DNA of 64,000 bases from Paraspadella gotoi (lineage: Eukaryota > Animalia > Chaetognatha). The notes under the pieces were generated by a model. That model had not been told where the DNA came from and ran no database searches. It worked only from the letters and a program-made list of their open reading frames with translations. Each line of letters starts with the position of its first letter. Positions within the stretch are counted from its first letter, which is position 1. Shown here piece after piece: positions 45,487 through 56,900 of this stretch. Location: the NCBI GenBank assembly GCA_051294375.1, contig CM119271.1:4969579-5033578 (forward strand), given 5' to 3'. The translations under genes were made by a program, and so were the position numbers.

Positions 45487-46880
45487 TGGCGTTAAATTTG
45501 TTTTCGGGAGAGAGGAAAGCGATTGGCAACCGATCGAGTCGTTTAAACGTAATCGGTTAACCGAAACTGGCGCGCCGTCACTTTCCAAGTTGCACTCTTT
45601 AACATCAGCCATTTTGTGCGTAAACTGAGTCTAGAAGAATGTAAAAACATTATATAAAGCTAAAGAAAGGTAGACATACAAGGAGAAAACACTTAAAGAA
45701 AATATTTGAAAAAGATATAATTGAGAAAGTTGCAAAATTACTTGTTTCACTTTCTTTATTTTTTATTTTTTAGATTTAAAATAACTATTATTTATGATTT
45801 TATTTATTTGTTAAAATATTTTTGTGTTTAAATATTTAAATATAATATTATAATATTATATATAAAGAAGTTTCTACGCGCCTAATGGTTAATTCGTTTC
45901 ACGTCATCGCATCAGTTGACTTTTCTCACTAATTCTAAGTCAAAATCAATTCTCTTATCCAAAATTTTCTTTTCACATTCGTTGACTTTCGCGACTTCGG
46001 GTCCTCGATTTTGGGTCAGCATCGTCGAGTCTCTCTGTTCCTTCTCTCGAGGTCGACCGACTCTGGGTCGAAATTCTGGGGCTTGAGTAAATATCATGTG
46101 AACGAAGGGACGGGGTCACGTGAACGGAGGGAAAAGAGGTCACGTGTTTTTTTCGGGGGGGGGGTTTGAATGACTTGAAGTCGTTGTGCTTTACGAACAG
46201 TTAAAGAGAAAATAAGAGTTATAGAAAAATTAACTTAAGTACGCACTATTTCGTGTTACTNNNNNNNNNNNNNNNNNNNNNNNNNNNNNNNNNNNNNNNN
46301 NNNNNNNNNNNNNNNNNNNNNNNNNNNNNNNNNNNNNNNNNNNNNNNNNNNNNNNNNNNNNNNNNNNNNNNNNNNNNNNNNNNNNNNNNNNNNNNNNNNN
46401 NNNNNNNNNNNNNNNNNNNNNNNNNNNNNNNNNNNNNNNNNNNNNNNNNNNNNNNNNNNNNNNNNNNNNNNNNNNNNNNNNNNNNNNNNNNNNNNNNNNN
46501 NNNNNNNNNNNNNNNNNNNNNNNNNNNNNNNNNNNNNNNNNNNNNNNNNNNNNNNNNNNNNGTTTTTTTTTTATAGTAAAAATGGATAATATGTGAAAAA
46601 GGACAACGATATCCGAGTTGGAGAGTTTCGCGATTTTGACGTGAATGTCTTCCGGTGCGAACCATCAGACATCGTGTTTCCAAAAGGAAAGAGATACGAT
46701 TTTTTCCCGCCGACCATCGAAACCCGTAAAGGATCGAGGGTATCTTCTAGAAAATGGGGGGGGGGTTGGACGGGATGTGAGAAAATAGGGAGGAGGAAGA
46801 GGAAAGAGCGTTTTCGTCCCGATGGAAATCAATTTTTTTTTTTTCGTATTCGACCATTGACTTAAATCGGAAATTTGTCG

Positions 46881-47617
46881 TGTGGCAGCAAGACTTAAAA
46901 GCTGCCTCACTGCTGTCCGTCCTCAGCCTCGTCTCAATGCTGAGCAGGCTTAAATCATCTCATTCCATCCGTGCGTCCCGGGTTCAATCCTGGGTATCCC
47001 GGTTTCTGCTTAAATGGTACGGATGCCGTATAAAACGCCCAGTGACAGGAGGCGGTCATGAGGTCCGCAGCCCCTACGCCAGTTGGTGAGATACTCGCGC
47101 CCGGTATCAACAGGCTATCTCCGTTGCCATAATGTGGTGAGCCTACACTCTCGAACACGCCAACCGCTGCCGCACCTGTGCGCCCCCACGCCATTACGTC
47201 GTTAGGGTATGCCATATGACGCCTATGCCTACTTCTGGTAACGCCTCCAGACTCGGCTCCTCGCTCGGCCCGCTCGCTCCTCACTATGGCAATGAGATCA
47301 AAACCTTCTCTCAGACATCTCCTCAGGATTGAGCCCCTGTGGGAGAAGTCTGGTGGGGGCATCCTCTGGCAGCAAGACTTAAGCTGCCTCATGCCTGTCC
47401 GGTCCTCAGCCTCGTCTCAATGGCTGAGCAGGCCAAATCATCTCATTCCATCCGGCCGTCCCGGGTCAATCCCGGTATCCCGCGTCTTGGCTAAATGTAC
47501 GGTGCCGGTATAAACATGCAGTGACAGGAGGCGGTCACTGAGGCGCCCCGCAGCCCCTACGCCAGTTGTGAGATACCTCGCGCCCCGGGTTATCACAGGC
47601 CATCCTCCGTTGCCGTA
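46881..47617 (+). mobile_element. Non-autonomous miniature LTR retroelement (TRIM-like), subfamily A
   Basis: Direct repeats 46881-47131 and ~47365-47617 with TGTGGC...GCCATA-type inverted termini. PBS-like TGGTGAGCC at 47135, just after LTR1. Purine-rich gggagaag...ggtggggg just before LTR2. Internal region of ~235 bp with no recognisable coding content. TSD not clean. Confidence 0.75.
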
Positions 47618-47947
47618 CTTGCCGTCTTTTTCCGTTAACGCCATATTTTATTTTTCAAAATTTTGGTCAAGGTTTAAAAAAAAAAAGAAAGGTAATAGTG
47701 ACCACTCTCGCTCTCGAGGCGCTCATTGTACTCGCCCTTCATTTATTATATTCCAAAAATGTAATCATTTTTTCAATATTAGACTATTCAACTAAAATGC
47801 TTTGACAATCAATGATGACCATTTTTTTTTTTGTTTCTTGAAAGCGGCCTTTTAATCGAAAAAAAAAAGTATCATCTCTAACAGAAGAAAATAAGCAAAA
47901 ATATCAATTTATTTGTTTTGTATTTAAATTCAGAAGAAGAAAACAAA

Positions 47948-50900
47948 ATGGATTACAAGAATCTCGGCGAAGAAGATTTAGAGTTGATCGCTGAAGGGAA
48001 AACTAAGAAAATATTCTCCATCAAAAACGGATCGAAAAAAGTAAGTCTTTCCGGGGGTAAGTGCAGTGTTTGTGGAGCGGTGCTAATTTTTGGGACTTTT
48101 TGAAGATTCATGACAAGTCGTGAATGAGGAGATTAATCATAATCTGCTTTTAAGTTAAAATTTGTTAAAGATTTAAAACAAATTTTTGTTTTGTTTTACA
48201 GCTAAAATTTAAAGCAATTTTAAGCGGCTTAGATCCATGACAAACTCGTGGCGATTCTGGAGTTGAATCAGTTCTGGAGGCTTATGAAAAAATGAAGCAG
48301 ATGAAAAAAAAATTTAGTTTTTTTTACGGAAAAGCAAAATTAGGACCGTTACAGTAATGATCTTAAATATGCTGAATTTGTCAGATAAGATTAGTTTTTA
48401 TAATTTTTATTAAATTTTTTTAATATTATTATATTTTATTAAAAATTGTTATTATAATTTTATTATTTTTCTAAATTTTATTTATATTATTGAGTGATTT
48501 CTTTCGTTTTATTGTTTGCTAATAATAATTTATTGAGAAAAACTTGTTTTATTTTCCGATAATCCTCCAGAACGTATTCAACTCCAGGAAAGCTATCTCG
48601 AAGCCATTTTGTTTATCCATTTCAATTTCTTCGTCTGCGCCCCCTTTTCTCTCTCTCTCTCTCTCAGCCCGGCGGCGACGTCTTGGTTCGCTCCAAAGAT
48701 AGAATCACCGCAGGCAATAATCAAAAGAGCGACGTCCTCGAGGGAAAGTCCGCCATTTCGAACGAAACCACCGCCAGGATCTTCGAGTTTTTGAAAGAAT
48801 ACGGAGGTGCGAGGGGAGCAGATTGGGGGGGGGTTGAGACTCGGAGATGGAGGGAGGAGAGAGATGGGGGACTAAGAAAGTTGGGAAGAAGAAATATATA
48901 TTTTATTCGGGGTCAAACGGTTTTTTTAAAAACTTTGGAGGTAAGTTGGAGCAAGAAAAGCTTTACTTGGAGCAAATGGGGAATGTTTAAGAGTGCAATG
49001 GCTAAAGGAGATGAAATAGGAAGCGAATGCAGTTATCAATGCCAGGTGAAAAGTTAAGTTTGTAGGGATTCGTGACTTGGAGAAAAAACTGAAAGAAAGA
49101 ACGAGAGATGTCAGAGGAAAGCTAAAGAATTTGTTAGTATTGGATGAAAAAGTGAGTAGGAGAAAAAGAGAGAACGGGATCGAGAGAGAAAAGTAAACAA
49201 AGGCTAAAGAAAAAAAGAGAAAGTCTCGCCGCGGGAAACTCACGTCCAAATTCCTGGCGGTAAACACCCACGCGAGAGACCAACTACGGCGAGATTGAGA
49301 GCAAGAGAGTAGGATAGCGAGTGGGAGTTATCGAGTTGATAGCAAAATTGCGTTGTGAGATTATTCTTGTATAAAAAAGGAGCTTGACTTTATAATCCGG
49401 TGAAGTAAAAGTCGTGTTATATAAATTGAAATATAATATTCGAAAATAATAATCGTTTGTAATAAAACATTTCAATAATTTAATGTTTCAAAAAAAAAAA
49501 AAAATTGGGAAAAAAACTTTATTTTTAAGTTTTTAAGTTAAAATAAAAACATAATTATAAACATCGACGTTTCCTCTCTCCCCTTATCCGGTTTTCTTCA
49601 ATCGATTGTCAGGCATTTCGACACATTTCATCTCTCGTTATGATTCAACTTCCTTCGTGGCCAAGAAATGTTCCATGATTCCCATCGAATGGGTGACGCG
49701 TCGCTTGGCAACCGGATCTTTCCTCAAGGTAAAGTTGGCTTGGATAAACGTTTTTGCCCTTTTATCGACAGGACGTTGAGAAAATTGAGTAAAATGAAAG
49801 GAAAAATTTTCGGTTTTACTCCCGTTTCAGATTTTTTGAAAGCAATAAATTTAAAAATATAAAATAATTGCACGTATGACAAAAAAAAAAAAAAAACCTT
49901 CCGTCGCCATACCATTTAAATTTCTCACATTACTTACATTGTATTTTTAACAATCCCGTTTCCAGCGCAACCCCGGCGTGCCCGAAGGTTACACGTTCGC
50001 TCCTCCCAAGCTCGAGATATTTTTCAAGGACGACGACAACAACGACCCTCAGTGGTCGCTCGAACAACTCGAGGTATTTCTCTTGACATTTTTAATGGCG
50101 TTATCTTTCTTCTCTTTTCCTCTCCTTGCGTACAAATAAAGCTCAACCGCATTTCTCTCTGTGATACTGTTTTTCCTGAAAAAATTTTGCCGACTTGACG
50201 AACTTAAACGTTTGACTCCGTATATAAGTTACCCCTCTGTCCTGTGCCATCTACCCCTTTCAACTAATTAAAATACCATATTCTCTCATAGGGCTATTCT
50301 AATTATTTCCTCAGTGATCTGTCATTTATTTTACCGATTCGTGGGAAAACTAATCTTAATTTAGGTGTCCGCCTGTCACTTCACGTTTCGCGCCTTCATC
50401 GTCTTCACTTTTAACCTTCCCTTAGCACCACACAAAAATAACAGAAATCACTGAGGCGAGGCTTCATTGAGTTATCTACTCTCATGCTGTCGTTTTTAAG
50501 GAATGAGATGTCTCTTCTCATTATGGAGACACAAAAAAAAATTACAAGCCAAACACGTAGTGGAAAAAGGCATCTCCTTGGGCGAGGAATGCAAACTCAT
50601 TTTACCCTCAATTGCAAAATAATGAAGATATTGGATGACATTCACAGACGACCAATATAAAAATTAATCACATCCAACAGCGTACATGATTAAGAACATT
50701 ACGAGCGATCTTGCGTCCCGTCACCTGTCTGGCACGAGGCTTTGTGGTTTAAGGCCTGCCCATTTCGTACTCTCTCACGAAGATTAATTACATGAGTCAG
50801 GTCCCTCTGTTCGTGCAAGCCTTTCAATCAAGACTACTCTCACAGTCCCGGGTAATTAATTATTTTCAACGTCCGGCGCAGATGGGAGTACGCTCATAGG

Positions 50901-53900
50901 GTGGGGTGGCTTTCCCACTGATCCAGAGTGAAGTAAGTAGAAGATAGTCATCCCATTCAAGATATGTTTCAATTGTATGAAAAAGGACGCACTCCCTTAA
51001 GTATTAGAATCGGGGAATACTTATTGTAACTCCGCACTACGCATCAAAATAACAGAGGAGGTCTGACTATCTTTAAATGAAATTTGGTACAACCATAATT
51101 ATACACATTCATATCTCATTCAATTTCATATGTATAAATAAATATCTTGCCCCTTTGAGCTGTGTGACAGGCTGTTGGTGGATTTAAGACTCCAGATAAA
51201 TATCTCCTTAAACTTTAATTTGTAAATATTAATATAATATTCCCCCCTTGCCCACCCATGCATGGCTTTGCGGGCGTCAGCATAGAGCACGCTTGTCTCC
51301 CATTGGCCGAACATCCAGAAATACGAATCGAAATGATGTCAGCGAGACGATGACGTCATTCTTACGCCGTCGACGAATCCGAATATCATACTTCATGTTC
51401 GACGAGGTGTGACGTCGATCTACGCCCAGCGCCTCTTTCCAGGATCGTATCTGAAGAATGTGCGGACTGTGTCGACAAAAAGCTAGAGTGAACAAATCAA
51501 GGTCGCAACTTGTGGCGCTGTGACCTGAAACGGTAAGTGCGCTAGTCTCCTCGAAATATGTTTGCCACTGCCTTCACTAGGAGTTAGGTGTTAACGAGCA
51601 GGAAATGGAATGGGTAGGATATTCAGGGTAAGGATTAAAAAGGAGGACAATATGAAAACATTAATTTTAACGAAATTTACTAACAATGAACACGCCTACA
51701 GCTCTTGACTAACCGCACTCTACTCCTCCCCTCTATAAGGTCCAAACTTTTTGCCATCAGGCTTTGTTAAAAAGCGTGCGGGAGAATACTCGCAGGATTT
51801 TTCTTCGGTGAGCATTATGGTAGTGGTACCAGGTACAGAAAACCACCAATCAAAGCCTTATCTATCAACCCGGAACATAATGAAGTACTCAAACAATAAA
51901 GCTGCCTCGTCATAAACATTGGGGACTAAAATCCACAACCGTTCATCCAAGCGGACCCCTTAAGGTCTAGCACGGAGGCCTGAATGTGTTTTCATTTACG
52001 CCATTCAATAACACCAAAGGGATCCGCGGGTTCTCATGCCGGAGTGGAACACTGCCGGTTGGGCAGGTTTAATGTTTGGAGTAGGGGAACGCCCAGGTCG
52101 CTCCAGCAACTTCAGACGTTGGTTATCTCTCTTCGGTGTCCCGTTAACATAGCCTGAAATTCCGAGACGGCTCAAGGGACTTGGGACAAATGTATTATTT
52201 GATCTACGTTCTTGCGGTTCCCCTGTCACTCAGAGTCACATACACAATAAAAATCCTCCTTTTCGCCTCAACACCTTACACGTATACATTAAGTGACTGC
52301 ACGGCTTCTTCGGATGTCGGGCGGCGCGGCTCACTTTTCCATCGTGGGCCACTTTCTCTCACTTTCCTATCATGAAGCCCGACCAGCAAACTTCTCTACC
52401 AATTTACGATCACAAAATGTTGCTTCTCGCGTTCCTTTTCCACCACCCCCCCCCCACTATGAAAGCCATAGTAAGGTGGACAGCAGCAAATATTCAAATC
52501 ACCCGCATATGCCCGTCGGGCCCTACCCCTATCTTCCTCGTACCACTACAAGCCATGAAGCCATAGTAAGGTGGAGAACAGACACGCAAAATATGTTCAT
52601 ACTTATGCGCGAACTTACAGCTTAAGGCGGAATTCCCTTGACACACCTCAAGAGACATTTGGTGACCCTGTTAACCACGAGCACACTATGAAGCACTATA
52701 TGTAAGGTGGACAGCACGCACACATATTCTCAATGTACAGCACCTTGTCCAGGCTACCTCGTCACATAGAACAACTGACCGTTGTAACAAATCAATACTT
52801 ACGCTTCGGAGAGCGCGATAGTGTACCGATGCGTGGAGCAGGCAGGACAGATATTCGCTACTGTACTCCCACGTACCTCGCTACGCGCCCCTCTACTGTC
52901 GTGGATTGTAAGGCGTACCACGAGAGCTAAGTAGACAAGGCCGATAAGTAACGGGTGGAACAGCAGGAAAATTTCAGACAGCCCCCTGGCGCGGACCTAG
53001 GGTAGGAAAGGAACACCGTTTTGTCGTTTCCTAGCGAGACCACGTCTGTAGCGATCTTGATGATAGCGTTCGTACTGAGTATAAGGTTGCGACTTGAGAA
53101 ACGCAGAAAATTTATACCAGCCTCGCTCAAAACCTTAACAAGTGGTTGTTTTCTCTTCATCCAAGGCTTTGGTAGAAGTAAGTGCGATTGTATTATACCA
53201 CTACTTTTTTTAGTATTGGGTTTTTCTTGTAAACTAATAAGAAAAAAGCACATAACGTGACCCGTCATGAGTTAGTTGGGTTCGCAAGCTAGTCACAGAA
53301 AATTTCAAAATATCAAGCCTCAGAATCTTATGCGTTTGTATACACTCTTTTGTTTCTCTGTAACCACCTACTATTGTCTAGTTAGAACGCGACATTTAGG
53401 CGTAAGGGTGAAGGGAGCACGCGAGCAAGAATTCCGCGCTATTATTGTTTCTTTCTATATGCTATTTTATAATGGAGCTTAGAGATCCATACTGTCGTAC
53501 TAGCACACATAAGGCGTCTCACGCAACAGAGCGACTCGCACATAATGTTTGTTTTGAATTTTATCGTATTAGCAAAAGCTTTATCCTTGACATTGTGTTT
53601 TGAATGAGAAAGTATGTGCAGTATATCAGGCATCATTTTTGCTTTGAAGTATCATTCAATTCTAATTAAATGGTTTTAATGTTTGACTTGCATATCTAAT
53701 ATAAATATTTCATTCTCTATATGATGTAAGTTTCCAAAATATTTTTTTTATTTTTCATTTCTTAAGTAATATATAATGACACAAGTATGAACTACATAAT
53801 CCTTAGATATATTTATATAAATACTCAAAAAGGTTTTTATAATGGGCAAAATACAGTCAGAAGAATAATTTTTATTTACAAACGTGTAAAATTTATTAAG

Positions 53901-56900
53901 AAGGATAATTACAAAAAAAATATAAGACATGACGAATGAGAAAAGAAAATCAGTAAGCCAGGCGATTTTTATATTAACGTTTAACGAAATCAAAGATGAG
54001 ATGTAATTTCTCGTTACGAACCTAAACTAAGTAATAAATTGGTGTCTCGTACGTTCTGTTTTTTATTGATCATGGTCGATTTTCTAAAAAATGATTAGTA
54101 TTTCAAGGGAAACTGAACGACAGGGATTTATTTATTTAAAACTAGAAAAACGTAACAACATAAGGAGATATGTTTGTCTCTGATGGAAGAGCCCTTCTTT
54201 CAGCGCGAAAAAATATTGTTTTGTTTTAAAAAATAGTTTTTCATCAGAATTGCAAGAGAGAGAAGAGAAGAGAGAGAGAATGAGCAGAAGAGGGAAGTAG
54301 ATAATTTTCAACAAAGAATTTATTTCACTAAAATCTTTACTTATCTATCTCTCTGAATTAAACCTATATTGTCACTAAAATCTTACTTAATCTATCCCTC
54401 TGAATTAAACTTTATATTTCAAATTTCATTCATGTCAATTTTTCAAATTTCAAATATTAATTTATTGCAATGAGAACAGTAATTTATTGATAAGTGTTAG
54501 ACAGAACGTCAATATAAGCAGTCCTGAGCTTCGGATCAGGAGGTAACACCATGTTACAGCGGATTAAGCGCCCCGTCCCTCTTAACTGCAGACGACCACG
54601 GGCTAGAACCCCGGACCTTAGGGTTTGGGAGGCGAATGACTTGCCTCGGCACCAATGGCTGCTGATGAACGTTGGTGGTTTTTAGTCCACTATACAGATT
54701 TTGGTGTATTAGACAGTACAAATCAAGTTGTATTAATTTTTATCTTTTTGTACAATGTCCATAATGTAATTAAGTTTATTCCTCTCTCCTCTCTCTCTCT
54801 CTCTCTTCTCAACCTTCACCAAATTTCATTTTTTTCACGCACTTATTCTATCTAGATCAACTAAATCTTGTCCCTCTAACTGACCACTTATCTCTCTCAA
54901 TTCTTTTGTGGACAACTTTACCTTTTCTATCTCTCTCTCTCTCTCTTTCTTTAACTCACAAATTGTCCATTCATTTCACAACAGTCAAAAAGCGCTGATG
55001 GAACTCGAAAATCTTTGAGTCGAAACATGTCTGCAACCTTATATAATAATAAAATTGTTGTAACATCTCTCTATCGATATTGATATCGATATTGATTTCG
55101 GTGAGCTTCTTGTGAGTTAGTGTCCGACGTCGTCGGCGGCGGCGTCACGCATTTTTATAATAAACTACTACGCTTTATTAGTTTTGGCTGGACTTAACCG
55201 TTTTTTTTAAAATAAAACTATTATAATTACAATGAATGTTTATAGAAACTGTGCTATCATAGTAGCTTAAAATATTAGATATGGCTTCTCATCATGAAAT
55301 AGCTCTGAAATTTCATATTCTTTGGATTCAAGTATGTTTTTTGTTTGAAATTTCCACTTCATTATGATTTACACTGTGCAATATTGCAATTTAGATTATA
55401 GTACTGCATTATATATCCCAAATTAGTAATATAAATTGCATAATCTAATTTAATATTGCAGTAAGTCACATATTGAGATGAAATTCAAAAAATTTTAATC
55501 TATAATAAAAATGGAAATCAATGAAGCCTTATATTAATTTTAATACAATAACACAATAAATTTTTTTACAGCTATGATTGGAAAAAATTGTAAAACAATG
55601 TGTAAGCATTTTTTTTCCTTTACTTTTTATTTCTTTAATTAATATAAATTTTCTTCTTAATTTTTTGTAGATTGCTGCCTTTTTAAACCCTTTAAAAACA
55701 AGTTCAGCGCATCGCATGACTGATTACAGCGCGCTGCTTCCACGCATCTCTGTTCTGTTGTCTTTCTCATTTCTCTCTCTCTCTCTCTCTGTAGTCTCTT
55801 GCGAGATGTTTTTTTACAAATTTTGATTATTTTTTTCCTTTTAAAACTTTTAATTATCGCCATTTTTACCGCGATTTTTTTCTCAATGCAAAATCCCAAA
55901 TTTACATCCGAGATTTTCTTGTTTATGTCACTTTCTTTCTCTCTTCTCTTTCAATCTCTTCTCTTCTAGCTCTCGGTTCTCTCTCTTTCACTCATACACG
56001 CGATTTGGGCTTGTTTATATTTATGTATGATTGATTGGCATTGAGTCAATGAATGACTATCATCGCATTCAATGTAAGTGACTATACATCTTACATAAAA
56101 TGATTATCATCACATCAATGAATGACTATATTGCAATCCCCTTTTGGTTATATCACAATCAATCATTTTGGTACTGCATAAAGGATCGATTATTTGGTTA
56201 TCATCGCATCAATTATTGGTTATCATCGCATCAATATTCCGGCTTATCATCGCTCAATCCTGTTAGGTGTCATGCCGGCACCAATATTTGGTTATCTTGT
56301 GAAGAGGATGACTTCGATGTAAATCGTGCTATTTGATTAAGGTATTCCTTTTGTTCTCGCTCTCTCTCCTCCTCTCTCGTGTCTCTCTTTCTCGCTCTTA
56401 TGGAGAGCAACATTGAGTGCTTTTCTGCTCCAGAGTGCTTGATAGTTATCCGAAATCGGATTCTTACCGTCCGTGGCATGAGCTCTTCTCAATCTCTCGT
56501 TTTTTTTTTTTTTTTTCGAGATCTCTCTGCCTCAGATTCTCTCTCTTCTCGACTTCTCTCTTCTTTTCTCTCATGCTCGTCTTTCTTTTATTTTATTTTG
56601 TTCAAAGGTGTGCGTAGGCTGCTCTCTTATCTTTCTCCTATTGAGGCTGCGTCTCTTTCTGTCTCTCTCTCGGTCATCGCGATTTTCTCTCTCTCTTCTC
56701 TTCGTCTAGTCACGATCATCGCAATCGTATGACTTGATGTCTATTTACTCATTCGTCTTCATTCTCTAAACTGTATTTTTTATCTTTTTGGTTCAAGTGA
56801 TCTCTCTCTCTATTAAACGATCGCCTCCGCAAACTCAGTATATATATATAATCCGGATTACGAAACTAGAGATATTAGCTTGCAGTTCATTTCTAACAAA

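Noticed and set aside
23693-46683. Long ORFs containing X runs (e.g. 39688-40899) and the 300-aa ORF 41791-42693
   Set aside because: They span N gaps or low-complexity noisy duplicated DNA. The frames are not preserved between duplicate copies and show no recognisable domain.
46977-46994. tRNA T-arm/B-box-like cccgggttcaatcctggg in TRIM A LTR1
   Set aside because: No cloverleaf or clear A box around it, imperfect in LTR2 and absent from subfamily B.
51255-51530. PAICS pseudogene on the minus strand
   Set aside because: It is collinear with its flanking introns and dominated by insertion-type noise, so it is better explained as an unpolished read of exon 5 than as a pseudogene.
54655-54690. 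Hammerhead ribozyme suggested by CTGATGA on the strand opposite the tRNA head
   Set aside because: No stem II followed by GAAA and no NUH site in a compatible arrangement.
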